From Candidatus Hydrogenedentota bacterium (lineage in GTDB: Bacteria; Hydrogenedentota; Hydrogenedentia; Hydrogenedentales; SLHB01): DNA of 64,000 nucleotides. The DNA is taken from NCBI GenBank assembly GCA_045863295.1, contig BTWA01000010.1, forward strand, positions 1-64,000, in the 5' to 3' direction. Both the position numbers and the translations under genes were made by a program. The number at the start of each line of letters is the position of its first letter. The stretch's first letter is position 1. The notes under the pieces were generated by a model. The model did not search any database. It was not told the origin of the DNA and saw only the letters and a program-made list of their open reading frames with translations. Below are positions 20,947 through 29,312 of this stretch, one piece after another.

Positions 20947-22679
20947 CGACGAAGTGGTCACACCGGATTCGCGTGGCGCTGGCCGTTTGGCTTGTGCTGG
21001 TATTTGCCGTGCCCATGCCGGTTGCACCGGCGCAAGAAGGGGCTCCGTCCGTAGACGACATTCTTACTCAGTTATTGGCGCTGGATCCGGCACAACTTGT
21101 CGCCAAGTTGAATGAGTATTCGACGCAGGCCGCGGAACACGAAGCGCAGGCCGCCGCACTGAAACAGCAAGCCGACGAGGCCGCGCAGAAGGCCGAAGCC
21201 ATCACGCAGCAATTGTCCGCGATTGAGGCACACGCGAAGAGTCTGGCGGCCGTGTTTGGCATGCAGGCCGCCCCTGAAGCGGCCATGCAGGCGGCCGCGG
21301 CGCCCGCTCCCGCGATGGAAGCCGCCGCTCCGCCCGCGGAGATGGCGGCGGCTCCGGCGGTAACGTACAAAGACCACATTATGCCGATATTTCGTGAACG
21401 CTGTTTCAAGTGCCACGGCAAGGATTCCGCCAAGGGCGGCCTTGCGTTGGACACGTACGACGGCTTGCTCGAAGGCGGCAGTTCCGGCGCGGTGATCACC
21501 GAAGGTCAGCCCGATGCCAGCCGTCTGCTGAAGTTGGTGTCCGGCGCGGAAGAGCCCAAGATGCCGCCTTCCGGCGATCCACTGACGCCTGAACAGATCG
21601 CGCTAATTCAGCAGTGGATTCAGTTGGGCGCGCCGGTCGATGCCAATGCCAAGGTGGCCATGGCTCCCGCGGAAGCGGCCCCGGCCGAGAACGCGGTGTT
21701 TGTCGCGGCTACCTTTTCTGATGGTCCACCGCCCATGCCGGAGGCCACTCTGCCCGAGGCTCAGCCTGCGCCCGCGCGCGAAATTGTGGCGCGTGCCGTG
21801 GCGGCCAGTCCCCGCGCACCGCTAGTGGCGGTGGCGAGTTACCGCCAAGTGTTGTTGTACAACGCGGAGACGTTTGCGCTTTTTGGTGCGTTGCCTTTTG
21901 AAGAAGGCGAGGTGCTTTCGCTCACGTTCAGCCTGAACGGCGAGTTGTTGCTTGGCGCCGGGGGGGATGTGGGCAATACGGGCAAGGCCGTGCTTTGGGA
22001 AGTCCGGACCGGCAAGCGCGTTGCCACGCTTGACGATGGCTACGATACGTTGCTCGCGGCGGATGTGAGCCCGGATCACACGTTGGTGGCGCTGGGCGGG
22101 CCGAGCCGCAAGGTGCGTGTCTATTCCGTGGCCGATGGCAGTCTGAAGTACACGCTTGAAGATCACACCGATTGGATACTGTCGGTGAAGTTCACGCCGG
22201 ACGGCGAATTGTTGGCCTCCGCCGATCGCGCGGGCGGCCTTCGTCTGTGGCAGGCGGCCAACGGGCGGCCCGTGGAAGAGCTACGCGGTCACACCGGCCC
22301 CATCAACGATCTTTCCTACACCGCCGATTCCACCATTCTGGCGTCGGCCGGCACCGATGGCACGGTGCAGTTGTGGGACACCTGGAAATACACGAAGATT
22401 CGTGGGTTCAATGCGCACGGGGGCGGTGTGTTGAGCGCGCAGTTCGGCGCTGACAACCAGATTGTGACCACGGGCGTAGACGGTCAGGTCAAACGCTGGG
22501 ACGTCAACGGCACGAACACGGCGACCTATGAGGCACTGCCGGATTGGGGCTATCAGGTTCGCTTCGGCAAAGGCGGCGCGGTCGTGATGGCCGGCTGTTG
22601 GACGGGCAACGTACGCGTGTACGACACGCAGTCCGGCGCGAAGCTGGCGGATTTGAGCACCGACCCGGCCACGAGTTGA
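20943..22679 (+). CDS. Planctomycete-type cytochrome c + WD40 repeat protein with N-terminal coiled coil
   Basis: Signal peptide, CFKCHG...MPP...WIQLGA heme domain, WD40 repeats (HTDWILSVKFTPDG, GHTGPINDLSY, DGTVQLWD). Confidence 0.9.
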   Translation: MTTKWSHRIRVALAVWLVLVFAVPMPVAPAQEGAPSVDDILTQLLALDPAQLVAKLNEYSTQAAEHEAQAAALKQQADEAAQKAEAITQQLSAIEAHAKSLAAVFGMQAAPEAAMQAAAAPAPAMEAAAPPAEMAAAPAVTYKDHIMPIFRERCFKCHGKDSAKGGLALDTYDGLLEGGSSGAVITEGQPDASRLLKLVSGAEEPKMPPSGDPLTPEQIALIQQWIQLGAPVDANAKVAMAPAEAAPAENAVFVAATFSDGPPPMPEATLPEAQPAPAREIVARAVAASPRAPLVAVASYRQVLLYNAETFALFGALPFEEGEVLSLTFSLNGELLLGAGGDVGNTGKAVLWEVRTGKRVATLDDGYDTLLAADVSPDHTLVALGGPSRKVRVYSVADGSLKYTLEDHTDWILSVKFTPDGELLASADRAGGLRLWQAANGRPVEELRGHTGPINDLSYTADSTILASAGTDGTVQLWDTWKYTKIRGFNAHGGGVLSAQFGADNQIVTTGVDGQVKRWDVNGTNTATYEALPDWGYQVRFGKGGAVVMAGCWTGNVRVYDTQSGAKLADLSTDPATS

Positions 22680-22718
22680 GCGATTCGATTCAAGGACTGT
22701 AGACGGCGTCCGTGAAGT

Positions 22719-23066
22719 CTATTTTGCGGGCGCCGTTTTTATTTCCAATTCCGCGGCAAAATGGGCTTTGGGTTCGAAGGCGAACCCGTCGTAGTAGGGC
22801 TCCCACGGATAGTCCCGATTATGCTGCCGTGGAGGTGCGGGAATCATGCGCGGGGCATCTTCGGGTCGCACTTCGGTGACAATGGACAAGCGATTCTTCT
22901 TGAGCGACTCGACTTCTTTTTCGAGCCGTGCCACTGCTTCCTGCAAGTCATCGATCCGGGTCGAGAGTTCCTGTTCGGACGCGGCTTTGGCGACGTCCGT
23001 CCGCGCAACCAAGCTAATTACGCTGGCGATGAAAACCAAACCGGCTGCCCATTTCAGGTATTTCAT
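22719..23066 (-). CDS. Small secreted/membrane hypothetical protein with short coiled coil
   Basis: MKYLKW + hydrophobic stretch, RIDDLQEAVARLEKEVESLK; AAGGGAG RBS. Confidence 0.7.
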   Translation of the reverse strand: MKYLKWAAGLVFIASVISLVARTDVAKAASEQELSTRIDDLQEAVARLEKEVESLKKNRLSIVTEVRPEDAPRMIPAPPRQHNRDYPWEPYYDGFAFEPKAHFAAELEIKTAPAK

Positions 23067-23111
23067 GGTGGATTCTCCCTTATAAGGCGCCTCTGGACGC
23101 ATCCACGAATA

Positions 23112-23137
23112 CAACGATTTACCCGCCTATTTGTTCC
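23112..23137 (-). promoter_or_regulatory. Candidate ECF sigma promoter
   Basis: Minus strand GGAAC-N16-CGTTG upstream of 23066. Confidence 0.4.
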
Positions 23138-23154
23138 GCACGAATTTCCGGAGA

Positions 23155-23183
23155 TTGTTCAATAGCGGGGGCGGAGGTAGAAT
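23155..23183 (+). promoter_or_regulatory. Candidate sigma70 promoter
   Basis: TTGTTC-N17-TAGAAT upstream of 23249. Confidence 0.45.
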
Positions 23184-23248
23184 AGGGTAGTTCGGTTGGA
23201 AACCGGGGGCCGGCTAGTATCAGGGCACCCAAACGCACAGGAAGAAGC

Positions 23249-24580
23249 ATGAAGATGAGTCGTTGCGCGTTCCGGTCCGCCATCAATGTCACGATCCTGA
23301 TGGTGCTCGTTTGGGGTTATTGGGGGGGAGCCGCGATGGCTGCTGAATTGCACGCCGGTGTTGCGGTGACGGACATATCGCCGGACACCGAGAAGTTCCA
23401 TGTGCCGCTGGGGGGCTACGGGGCGCGGATGAACGCGCCCGCGCAGGGTATCCATGATTTGACGCTGGCCAAGGCGCTCATTTTGCAGCAGGGCGATCGC
23501 AAGGTTGCGTTGGTGACGACGGACTTGCTCGGTATCGCGCGATCGTTGCGGGAAGAGGTCCTTGCGCGCGTGGCGGATGTTGGAATTACCTCCGACAATC
23601 TTTTCCTGTCGGCGAGTCATTCCCACGGATCGGCCGAAATGGCCGCGATGAACCGCAAGAATGTGTTTCAGAACAAGGCCATTGGTATATTCGACGAGTC
23701 GATTCTACTGTTCACGGCGGAGCGCATCGCGGAAGCCATCGTGACTGCGAACAAGGAGCTAATCCCTGTGCGCGTGGGTTCGGGCACGGTTGCACTTCCC
23801 GGGCTGAACCGGAACCGGCGTCACGAAGACGGCAAGACTGACGAGGACATGACGATCGCGCGGTTCGATACGATGGATGGAAAGCCGTGGGTGGTTTTCG
23901 TCAATTACACGGCGCACCCGACGTTTATGAACGAACGGGTGATGCACCTTTCCGCGGATTGGCCGGGCTACCTCCAGCGCAATGTGGAAGGGTTCATGGA
24001 TGGGGTGGTGTGCATGTACACGAATGGCGCGGAAGGCGATGTGGCCACGCGCGGCGCCGATGGCCCCTCGCCCTTCGCCCGCGCCGAGGATTACGGGCGC
24101 AAGTTGGCGGTGCACGCCCTGAAGCTGATCGACTCCATAGAGACGAATCCGGAAGCAGAACTGGACTTTTCGATGCAGGATTTGCAGTTGCCTCCTGCCA
24201 CGCCACCGCCGGCGTTGTTGCAGTCCGCAGGCCCGGAATACGGCATGACGGAAGACAACATCAAGGCGTTATTGGACGCGATGTGCCCGCCCACATCGTA
24301 CTTAGGCGTCTTGCGGATCGGCGATATGTGCGCCGTGTCGATACCCGGCGAAATGGCTACGTTGCCCGGACTTGAAATCAAAGCGGCGCTTCGCGAAGCA
24401 GGCGTCCGGAATCCGGTCATACTCGGGCTTACGAACGAATGGATCTCGTATATTCTGCCGCCGGAGGAGTACGACAAAGGCGGATACGAGCCGGGTGTGT
24501 CGTTCTATGGCAAAGACCTTGGCCCGGTGACGGTCAAGCAGGCAATCGAAGCGGGGAAGGCCGTGCTCGCCCGCAATTGA
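23249..24580 (+). CDS. Neutral/alkaline ceramidase N-terminal domain family hydrolase, secreted
   Basis: PLGGYGAR, GIHDL, SASHSHG, NYTAHPT, SADWPG, GAEGD, PGEM, GGYE. Confidence 0.85.
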   Translation: MKMSRCAFRSAINVTILMVLVWGYWGGAAMAAELHAGVAVTDISPDTEKFHVPLGGYGARMNAPAQGIHDLTLAKALILQQGDRKVALVTTDLLGIARSLREEVLARVADVGITSDNLFLSASHSHGSAEMAAMNRKNVFQNKAIGIFDESILLFTAERIAEAIVTANKELIPVRVGSGTVALPGLNRNRRHEDGKTDEDMTIARFDTMDGKPWVVFVNYTAHPTFMNERVMHLSADWPGYLQRNVEGFMDGVVCMYTNGAEGDVATRGADGPSPFARAEDYGRKLAVHALKLIDSIETNPEAELDFSMQDLQLPPATPPPALLQSAGPEYGMTEDNIKALLDAMCPPTSYLGVLRIGDMCAVSIPGEMATLPGLEIKAALREAGVRNPVILGLTNEWISYILPPEEYDKGGYEPGVSFYGKDLGPVTVKQAIEAGKAVLARN

Positions 24581-24585
24581 GCGGG

Positions 24586-25011
24586 CTATGGGTTGCCGTC
24601 CTGCGGAATCAGCGTTGCGAGGGCTTCGCGCAATGCGTTGTCGCCTGGCTGCTGCCGAATCACTACGACAAAGGGATGCCGCGCGTATACATCTGGACTT
24701 TCGGGAATGGGTTGTCCTACGACGGCTTCTGTCGCAACCAGCAATCTCCCGGCTGACTTGGCGATGTCGAACACGCGGTTGTCTTCGATCCGCAATACAT
24801 CCGCGAGAAGCCCGGGTCCCTCAATTCGAATGCCTTCATCAAACCGGAAATGATCGCCGGTTGGCATTGGGGCCGCCGAGCGCGACGTGACAGGAATGCC
24901 CGAATCCATAAGCGCCGTTACCAGTGCCTCCGCGCCGCGTATTTCGTCTGGTTGTGTGCCGCACCCGGCAAGAAGCACAACAAGCACTGCTATTCCAGAG
25001 TATCGATTCAT
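24586..25011 (-). CDS. Hypothetical lipoprotein
   Basis: Lipobox LLAGC; ATGA overlap with the kinase stop codon. Confidence 0.75.
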   Translation of the reverse strand: MNRYSGIAVLVVLLAGCGTQPDEIRGAEALVTALMDSGIPVTSRSAAPMPTGDHFRFDEGIRIEGPGLLADVLRIEDNRVFDIAKSAGRLLVATEAVVGQPIPESPDVYARHPFVVVIRQQPGDNALREALATLIPQDGNP

Positions 25012-26399
25012 TGACCTTGCCTTAGCCGGCGGCGCTGCTCGGGCGTCAGCCCTTCGCCTTGCGGGCCTCTCAAGGGTCGCGAACCGGGCGGGCCAAAGCG
25101 GCCAGCGCCAGGTCCAAACGGTGGTGGTGTTCCGGGGGGAGGATGCAATCCCGGATCAGTCTGACCTGCGACCGGTACCGGTGGTGGGAACAGCGGCGGT
25201 GGTTGTAGTAACGGCGGCTGCGACTGAGGTGGGCCTTGTTCCGGTGTGGCTTGCTGGATTGCCGGCGCGGCCTGGCGCGTCGCGCCCGTCGGCTGCGATC
25301 GGCCCGCGCGGTTACGTGCGGTCGCGACAGCCACGGCGACGACCGCAACCACGACGCAGGCGGCGACGAGCCACTTCCAGGGAAACGAAGGCGAATCCAC
25401 GTTCGAATACCTGGGATACTTTATCCCCGTGCTTTCCAACAAGTCGTCGGCGAGGGACAGGCCGCCCGGAACCCCCGTTCCCACGGTAACGGAGGCATTC
25501 TCCGGAGTTAGTGCCACGGCGAACTTGGATGCCCATCCATCCAGGTGTTTGGGCTGTGAACCCGCCCGGATGCACGCAACATCTTCGATGACCTCCGCGG
25601 CGGACTGATACCGGTCCTTCAATTCTTTTGCGGTGAGTTTTTGCACCAGCGCGCGTACGATAACGGGCACATCTGGCGCGAGATCGTGTATGTCGGGCAG
25701 GGGATCCTGCGTGATCTGTTTGATAATGCCGAGCGCGGTCTCCGCATCGAAGGGTAGACTGCCTGTCATCATTTCGAACATGGTGATGCCGAGCGAGAAG
25801 AGATCGCTCTGGGGGCCTATGGTCCCGGCGCCGCATTGTTCCGGCGACATGTAGTTTGGGCTGCCGAGCGTGATTCGATCCGTTGTCAAACGGGATGCCG
25901 CGCCGGTGATTTTTGCGATCCCGAAATCGGTCACCCGTATTCGACCGGACCGGTCAATCATGATATTTCCGGGTTTGATATCGCGATGCACGATACCCTG
26001 CGCGTGAGCGGCGTTGAGCGCCGCGGCCACCTGTTGGCAGACCACCAGGGCGTGTTGCCATGGAATCGGCTTACCGGAAGCAATACGCCGATCCAGCCCC
26101 ATGCCATCGATAAACTCCATGGCCATGTAGGGAGGATTCGAATCGACGTCGACCGTGTGAATCTGCACAATGTTGGGATGGTTCAAACGTGCGGCGGCGC
26201 GCGCTTCCCGCCGGAAACGCTCCACCCATTCCGGATCGCGCGCATAGGTGCCTTGCAACGTCTTGATGGCGACGTTTCGATCGAGGGATTGGTCCAGAGC
26301 CAGATACACTTCGCCCATGCCGCCCACACCAATTTGCTTGTGAATGCGGTAAGGACCCAATTGCTTGCCAACAAGATTTCCGCCGGCATCCGGAGCCAT
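25008..26399 (-). CDS. Hanks-type Ser/Thr protein kinase with TM and Pro-rich C-terminus
   Basis: IGVGGMGEVY, VAIK, HRDIKPGN, DFGIAK, YMSPEQ, SDLFSLG, TM WLVAACVVVAVVAVAVA; GGAG RBS before ATG 26399. Confidence 0.95.
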   Translation of the reverse strand: MAPDAGGNLVGKQLGPYRIHKQIGVGGMGEVYLALDQSLDRNVAIKTLQGTYARDPEWVERFRREARAAARLNHPNIVQIHTVDVDSNPPYMAMEFIDGMGLDRRIASGKPIPWQHALVVCQQVAAALNAAHAQGIVHRDIKPGNIMIDRSGRIRVTDFGIAKITGAASRLTTDRITLGSPNYMSPEQCGAGTIGPQSDLFSLGITMFEMMTGSLPFDAETALGIIKQITQDPLPDIHDLAPDVPVIVRALVQKLTAKELKDRYQSAAEVIEDVACIRAGSQPKHLDGWASKFAVALTPENASVTVGTGVPGGLSLADDLLESTGIKYPRYSNVDSPSFPWKWLVAACVVVAVVAVAVATARNRAGRSQPTGATRQAAPAIQQATPEQGPPQSQPPLLQPPPLFPPPVPVAGQTDPGLHPPPGTPPPFGPGAGRFGPPGSRPLRGPQGEGLTPEQRRRLRQGQ

Positions 26400-26580
26400 G
26401 GGGAATCTCCACCTGGATACGACCAGCCTAACCATAACGGGTTGACCCTCATGGCTGCAAACGATCGGACCGCGACTGGTATCGCGGCTGGTGTCGTGTC
26501 CGTGGTATTGTGAAAGTCTTCGCATAGGTGTGAACGGACGACGAGCAAAGCCGAGACGAAAATTGGACACGAAGACAGGT

Positions 26581-27117
26581 GTGATCGTGTATCGCGTGGA
26601 TCGCGACGATTCAATCGTTTACGTGAACGCAGAATGGGAACGTTTTGCACAGGAGAACGCGGGCGGTCTGCTGGTCACGGCAAAAATCATTCATACGTCG
26701 ATATGGGACCATGTGACCGACAGCATCACCATTGAACTCTACCGTGAGATCATGCGAGGCGTCCGGGAGGGCCGGCCGGTTCAGTTTACGTTTCGATGTG
26801 ACGCCCCCGACCTTCGACGCTTGCTTACCATGAGCATTCAGCCGTTGGACAAGGGCGGTGTCGAGTTCACGACAACGCTGATCCGTGCTGAATCGCGCAC
26901 GTATCAACGGGTCCTGGAACCTGCGGGGGCAGGCGGCGTAACGACCTTGAATTGCTGCTCCTGGTGCAAACGATTCGAGGTCCGGGGATCCTGGGTGGAA
27001 GTGGAAGACGCGGTCGAACAGCTTAAGTTGTTTGAACGGGCGAATATGCCGTTGACCAGTCACGGCATTTGCGCGGATTGCTTTCGCCGAATGAAGGAAC
27101 TGGAGGGCGCACCGTGA
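26581..27117 (+). CDS. PAS-fold protein with C-terminal CxxC...HGICxxC Zn-binding module
   Basis: IVYVNAEWERFAQEN, FRCDAPDLRR, CSWCKR...W..VE...SHGICADC; GTG start inferred. Confidence 0.75.
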   Translation: MIVYRVDRDDSIVYVNAEWERFAQENAGGLLVTAKIIHTSIWDHVTDSITIELYREIMRGVREGRPVQFTFRCDAPDLRRLLTMSIQPLDKGGVEFTTTLIRAESRTYQRVLEPAGAGGVTTLNCCSWCKRFEVRGSWVEVEDAVEQLKLFERANMPLTSHGICADCFRRMKELEGAP

Positions 27118-29312
27118 ATTTCCATCGCATGGCCGCCGCGCTGTTTCTTGTTTGTTGCCATTCGGCTGATCGGACGGAGGAATGGACCGGTACGCAACAG
27201 TGGATGCGAGATTCGCCGGGGCCGGTCGTTTCGCTTGGCGAGGCCGGGTCGTTTGACGACATGCATATATTCGCTCCGTGCGTGGCGTTGGAGAAGGGGG
27301 TTTACTCACTTTGGTATTGCGGTTCCAGGGGTGAGGTGGCCACGCGCGTATTCGAACTGGGCATGGCAACGAGCACGGACGGCGTTCATTTCACGAAAGA
27401 ACCGTCGCCCGTGTTTTCGTATGGCGACGGCAAGCATTCCGTGCTCACGCCCACGCTGTTGCGCGGCGAGGATGGCGCCGTGCTTCGCGACGATGGCGCA
27501 TTGCGCATGTGGTTTTCGGCAACGGATTTTGCGAACGGCGGTGGACTGCACACGCTTCACGAGACGCGTAGCGTGGACGGTAAGCGTTGGGATTCGCCCT
27601 CTCCGGCGCAGTTGGAACACGCGTATGCACCGACCGTAATCAAGGACGGAGCCGCGTACCTGCTTTGGTATACCGACGTCAGTAACGAGCCTTGGGTGAT
27701 CCGGCATGCCCGCAGCAACGACGGCAAGGCGTGGCGCGTGGTGGACGAAGCATCTATAGTGCTTGATCAGGCCTGGGAGGAACGGCGCTTGTTCTATCCC
27801 TGCGTGGTTAAGTCGGGCGGCACGTATTGCATGTGGTACGGCGCCTATTGGAGTGCGCGGCCCAACACCACCGCCATTGGATTTGCTACAAGCCGCGATG
27901 GCGTGACCTGGCGCAAGCACGTCCAAAACCCCGTGCTGATGCCCGATCCTGACCGGCCGTGGGAGTCTCATTACACAACCAGCCAATCCGTCTTGCGATT
28001 GCCGGACGGAGCTTGGCGCATGTGGTATGCGACTCGAAAGGAGCCGCCGTTTGTAAACAAGTATTTCGCCATAGGCACTGCGCGTTGGGAGGGGTCTGCG
28101 CTTGCGGGTGACGATGCGGCATGGCCGGAACGCAGCGAGTATTTGCGCAAGGAGATGCGATCCATTCTCACGCTGCCTGCCGAGCGCGTGGAGTTGGATG
28201 CGCGAACGCACCAAACGTTGCCGGGGGATGGAATCACCATTGAGTCGGTTTCGTATGCCGCCGAGCCGGGATCGCGGGTCACCGCGTTGCTGTATTTGCC
28301 CGATGCCGCCCGGCCTGTACCTGCGGTGGTCGTTGCCTGCGGCCACGGCGGTTCCAAATCCGCACTGTATGCCCAATACGCGGGCCAGTTGTATGCCAAG
28401 CGCGGAATTGCCTGTCTTGTTCCCGACACGATAGGCGAAGAAGAGCGCAACACCGAAGGCCGCATGGGGGCTCGAGGCCACGACCTCTATCGCATGAAGC
28501 CCGAGGAACGATTGCTGTTCGAGCGGCGTGACTTTCCGAGGTCCATACTCGGCAAGATTGTGCTCGACTTGTCGCGTGGCGTTGACTATCTCGAAACGCG
28601 CCACGAAGTTGACGCGTCACGGATCGGCGTGATGGGGTATTCGCTTGGCGGCGCGAGCGCGGGTTGCCTTGCTATCCTGGACGATCGGATCAGGGCAGCC
28701 GTAATCGCGGGTTGGGGCTTTACTCCGTTAGCCGTGGGGTATGGCAAGGAATGCACGCGGCTTCCCTACGAAGATTTCAAAAGCCTGATGCGGTGGGGCG
28801 AAATGACGGCCCTGTTGGCGCCGCACGCAGCAACGCTGTTTATCAACGGGGAACATGACACGGTAATCGACAAGGACGAAAATGGTGCGGCGTTGGTACG
28901 GCATGTTCGCGAGGGTATACAAGGGGCGCGTGAGATTTGGTCTGCGGCGGGGCTGGCGGCGATAGTGGGCGAACGCGTGGTGGAAGGGGCATGTCACCGG
29001 CCTTACTTTCTCACCCCGGACGGCGTGCGTTGGGTGGAAACCCATTTAGGGATGCCAGAAGCGCAATTGCGGGAGGCGTTGCCCGTCGTCAAATACGGCG
29101 ACTGGGTGGAGAAGCAGGGCCAGAGCATTGAGAAATTGTACGACACGGAGGAACGCGAGCGAGGCGCAGTGGTGGTAGACGTCAACGCCGTGTATAGGAC
29201 ACCCGGCGAACTTTCCTGTTTTCCGGGTCTGGACAGACCCTCGGCGGAATATACCTTTGAGGGTTGGGTCGAATACGTCTTGCTAGCAAATCGAAAGGAC
29301 ACCGTCAGATGA
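27114..29312 (+). CDS. Fusion: five-bladed beta-propeller glycosidase-like (GH32/43/130-like) + alpha/beta hydrolase (esterase/dienelactone hydrolase-like)
   Basis: Repeats WY.G...GxATSxDGxxWxK..PV; C-terminal CGHGG, GVDYLETR.EVD.SRIGVMGYSLGG; GTGA overlap with upstream stop. Confidence 0.8.
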   Translation: MNFHRMAAALFLVCCHSADRTEEWTGTQQWMRDSPGPVVSLGEAGSFDDMHIFAPCVALEKGVYSLWYCGSRGEVATRVFELGMATSTDGVHFTKEPSPVFSYGDGKHSVLTPTLLRGEDGAVLRDDGALRMWFSATDFANGGGLHTLHETRSVDGKRWDSPSPAQLEHAYAPTVIKDGAAYLLWYTDVSNEPWVIRHARSNDGKAWRVVDEASIVLDQAWEERRLFYPCVVKSGGTYCMWYGAYWSARPNTTAIGFATSRDGVTWRKHVQNPVLMPDPDRPWESHYTTSQSVLRLPDGAWRMWYATRKEPPFVNKYFAIGTARWEGSALAGDDAAWPERSEYLRKEMRSILTLPAERVELDARTHQTLPGDGITIESVSYAAEPGSRVTALLYLPDAARPVPAVVVACGHGGSKSALYAQYAGQLYAKRGIACLVPDTIGEEERNTEGRMGARGHDLYRMKPEERLLFERRDFPRSILGKIVLDLSRGVDYLETRHEVDASRIGVMGYSLGGASAGCLAILDDRIRAAVIAGWGFTPLAVGYGKECTRLPYEDFKSLMRWGEMTALLAPHAATLFINGEHDTVIDKDENGAALVRHVREGIQGAREIWSAAGLAAIVGERVVEGACHRPYFLTPDGVRWVETHLGMPEAQLREALPVVKYGDWVEKQGQSIEKLYDTEERERGAVVVDVNAVYRTPGELSCFPGLDRPSAEYTFEGWVEYVLLANRKDTVR

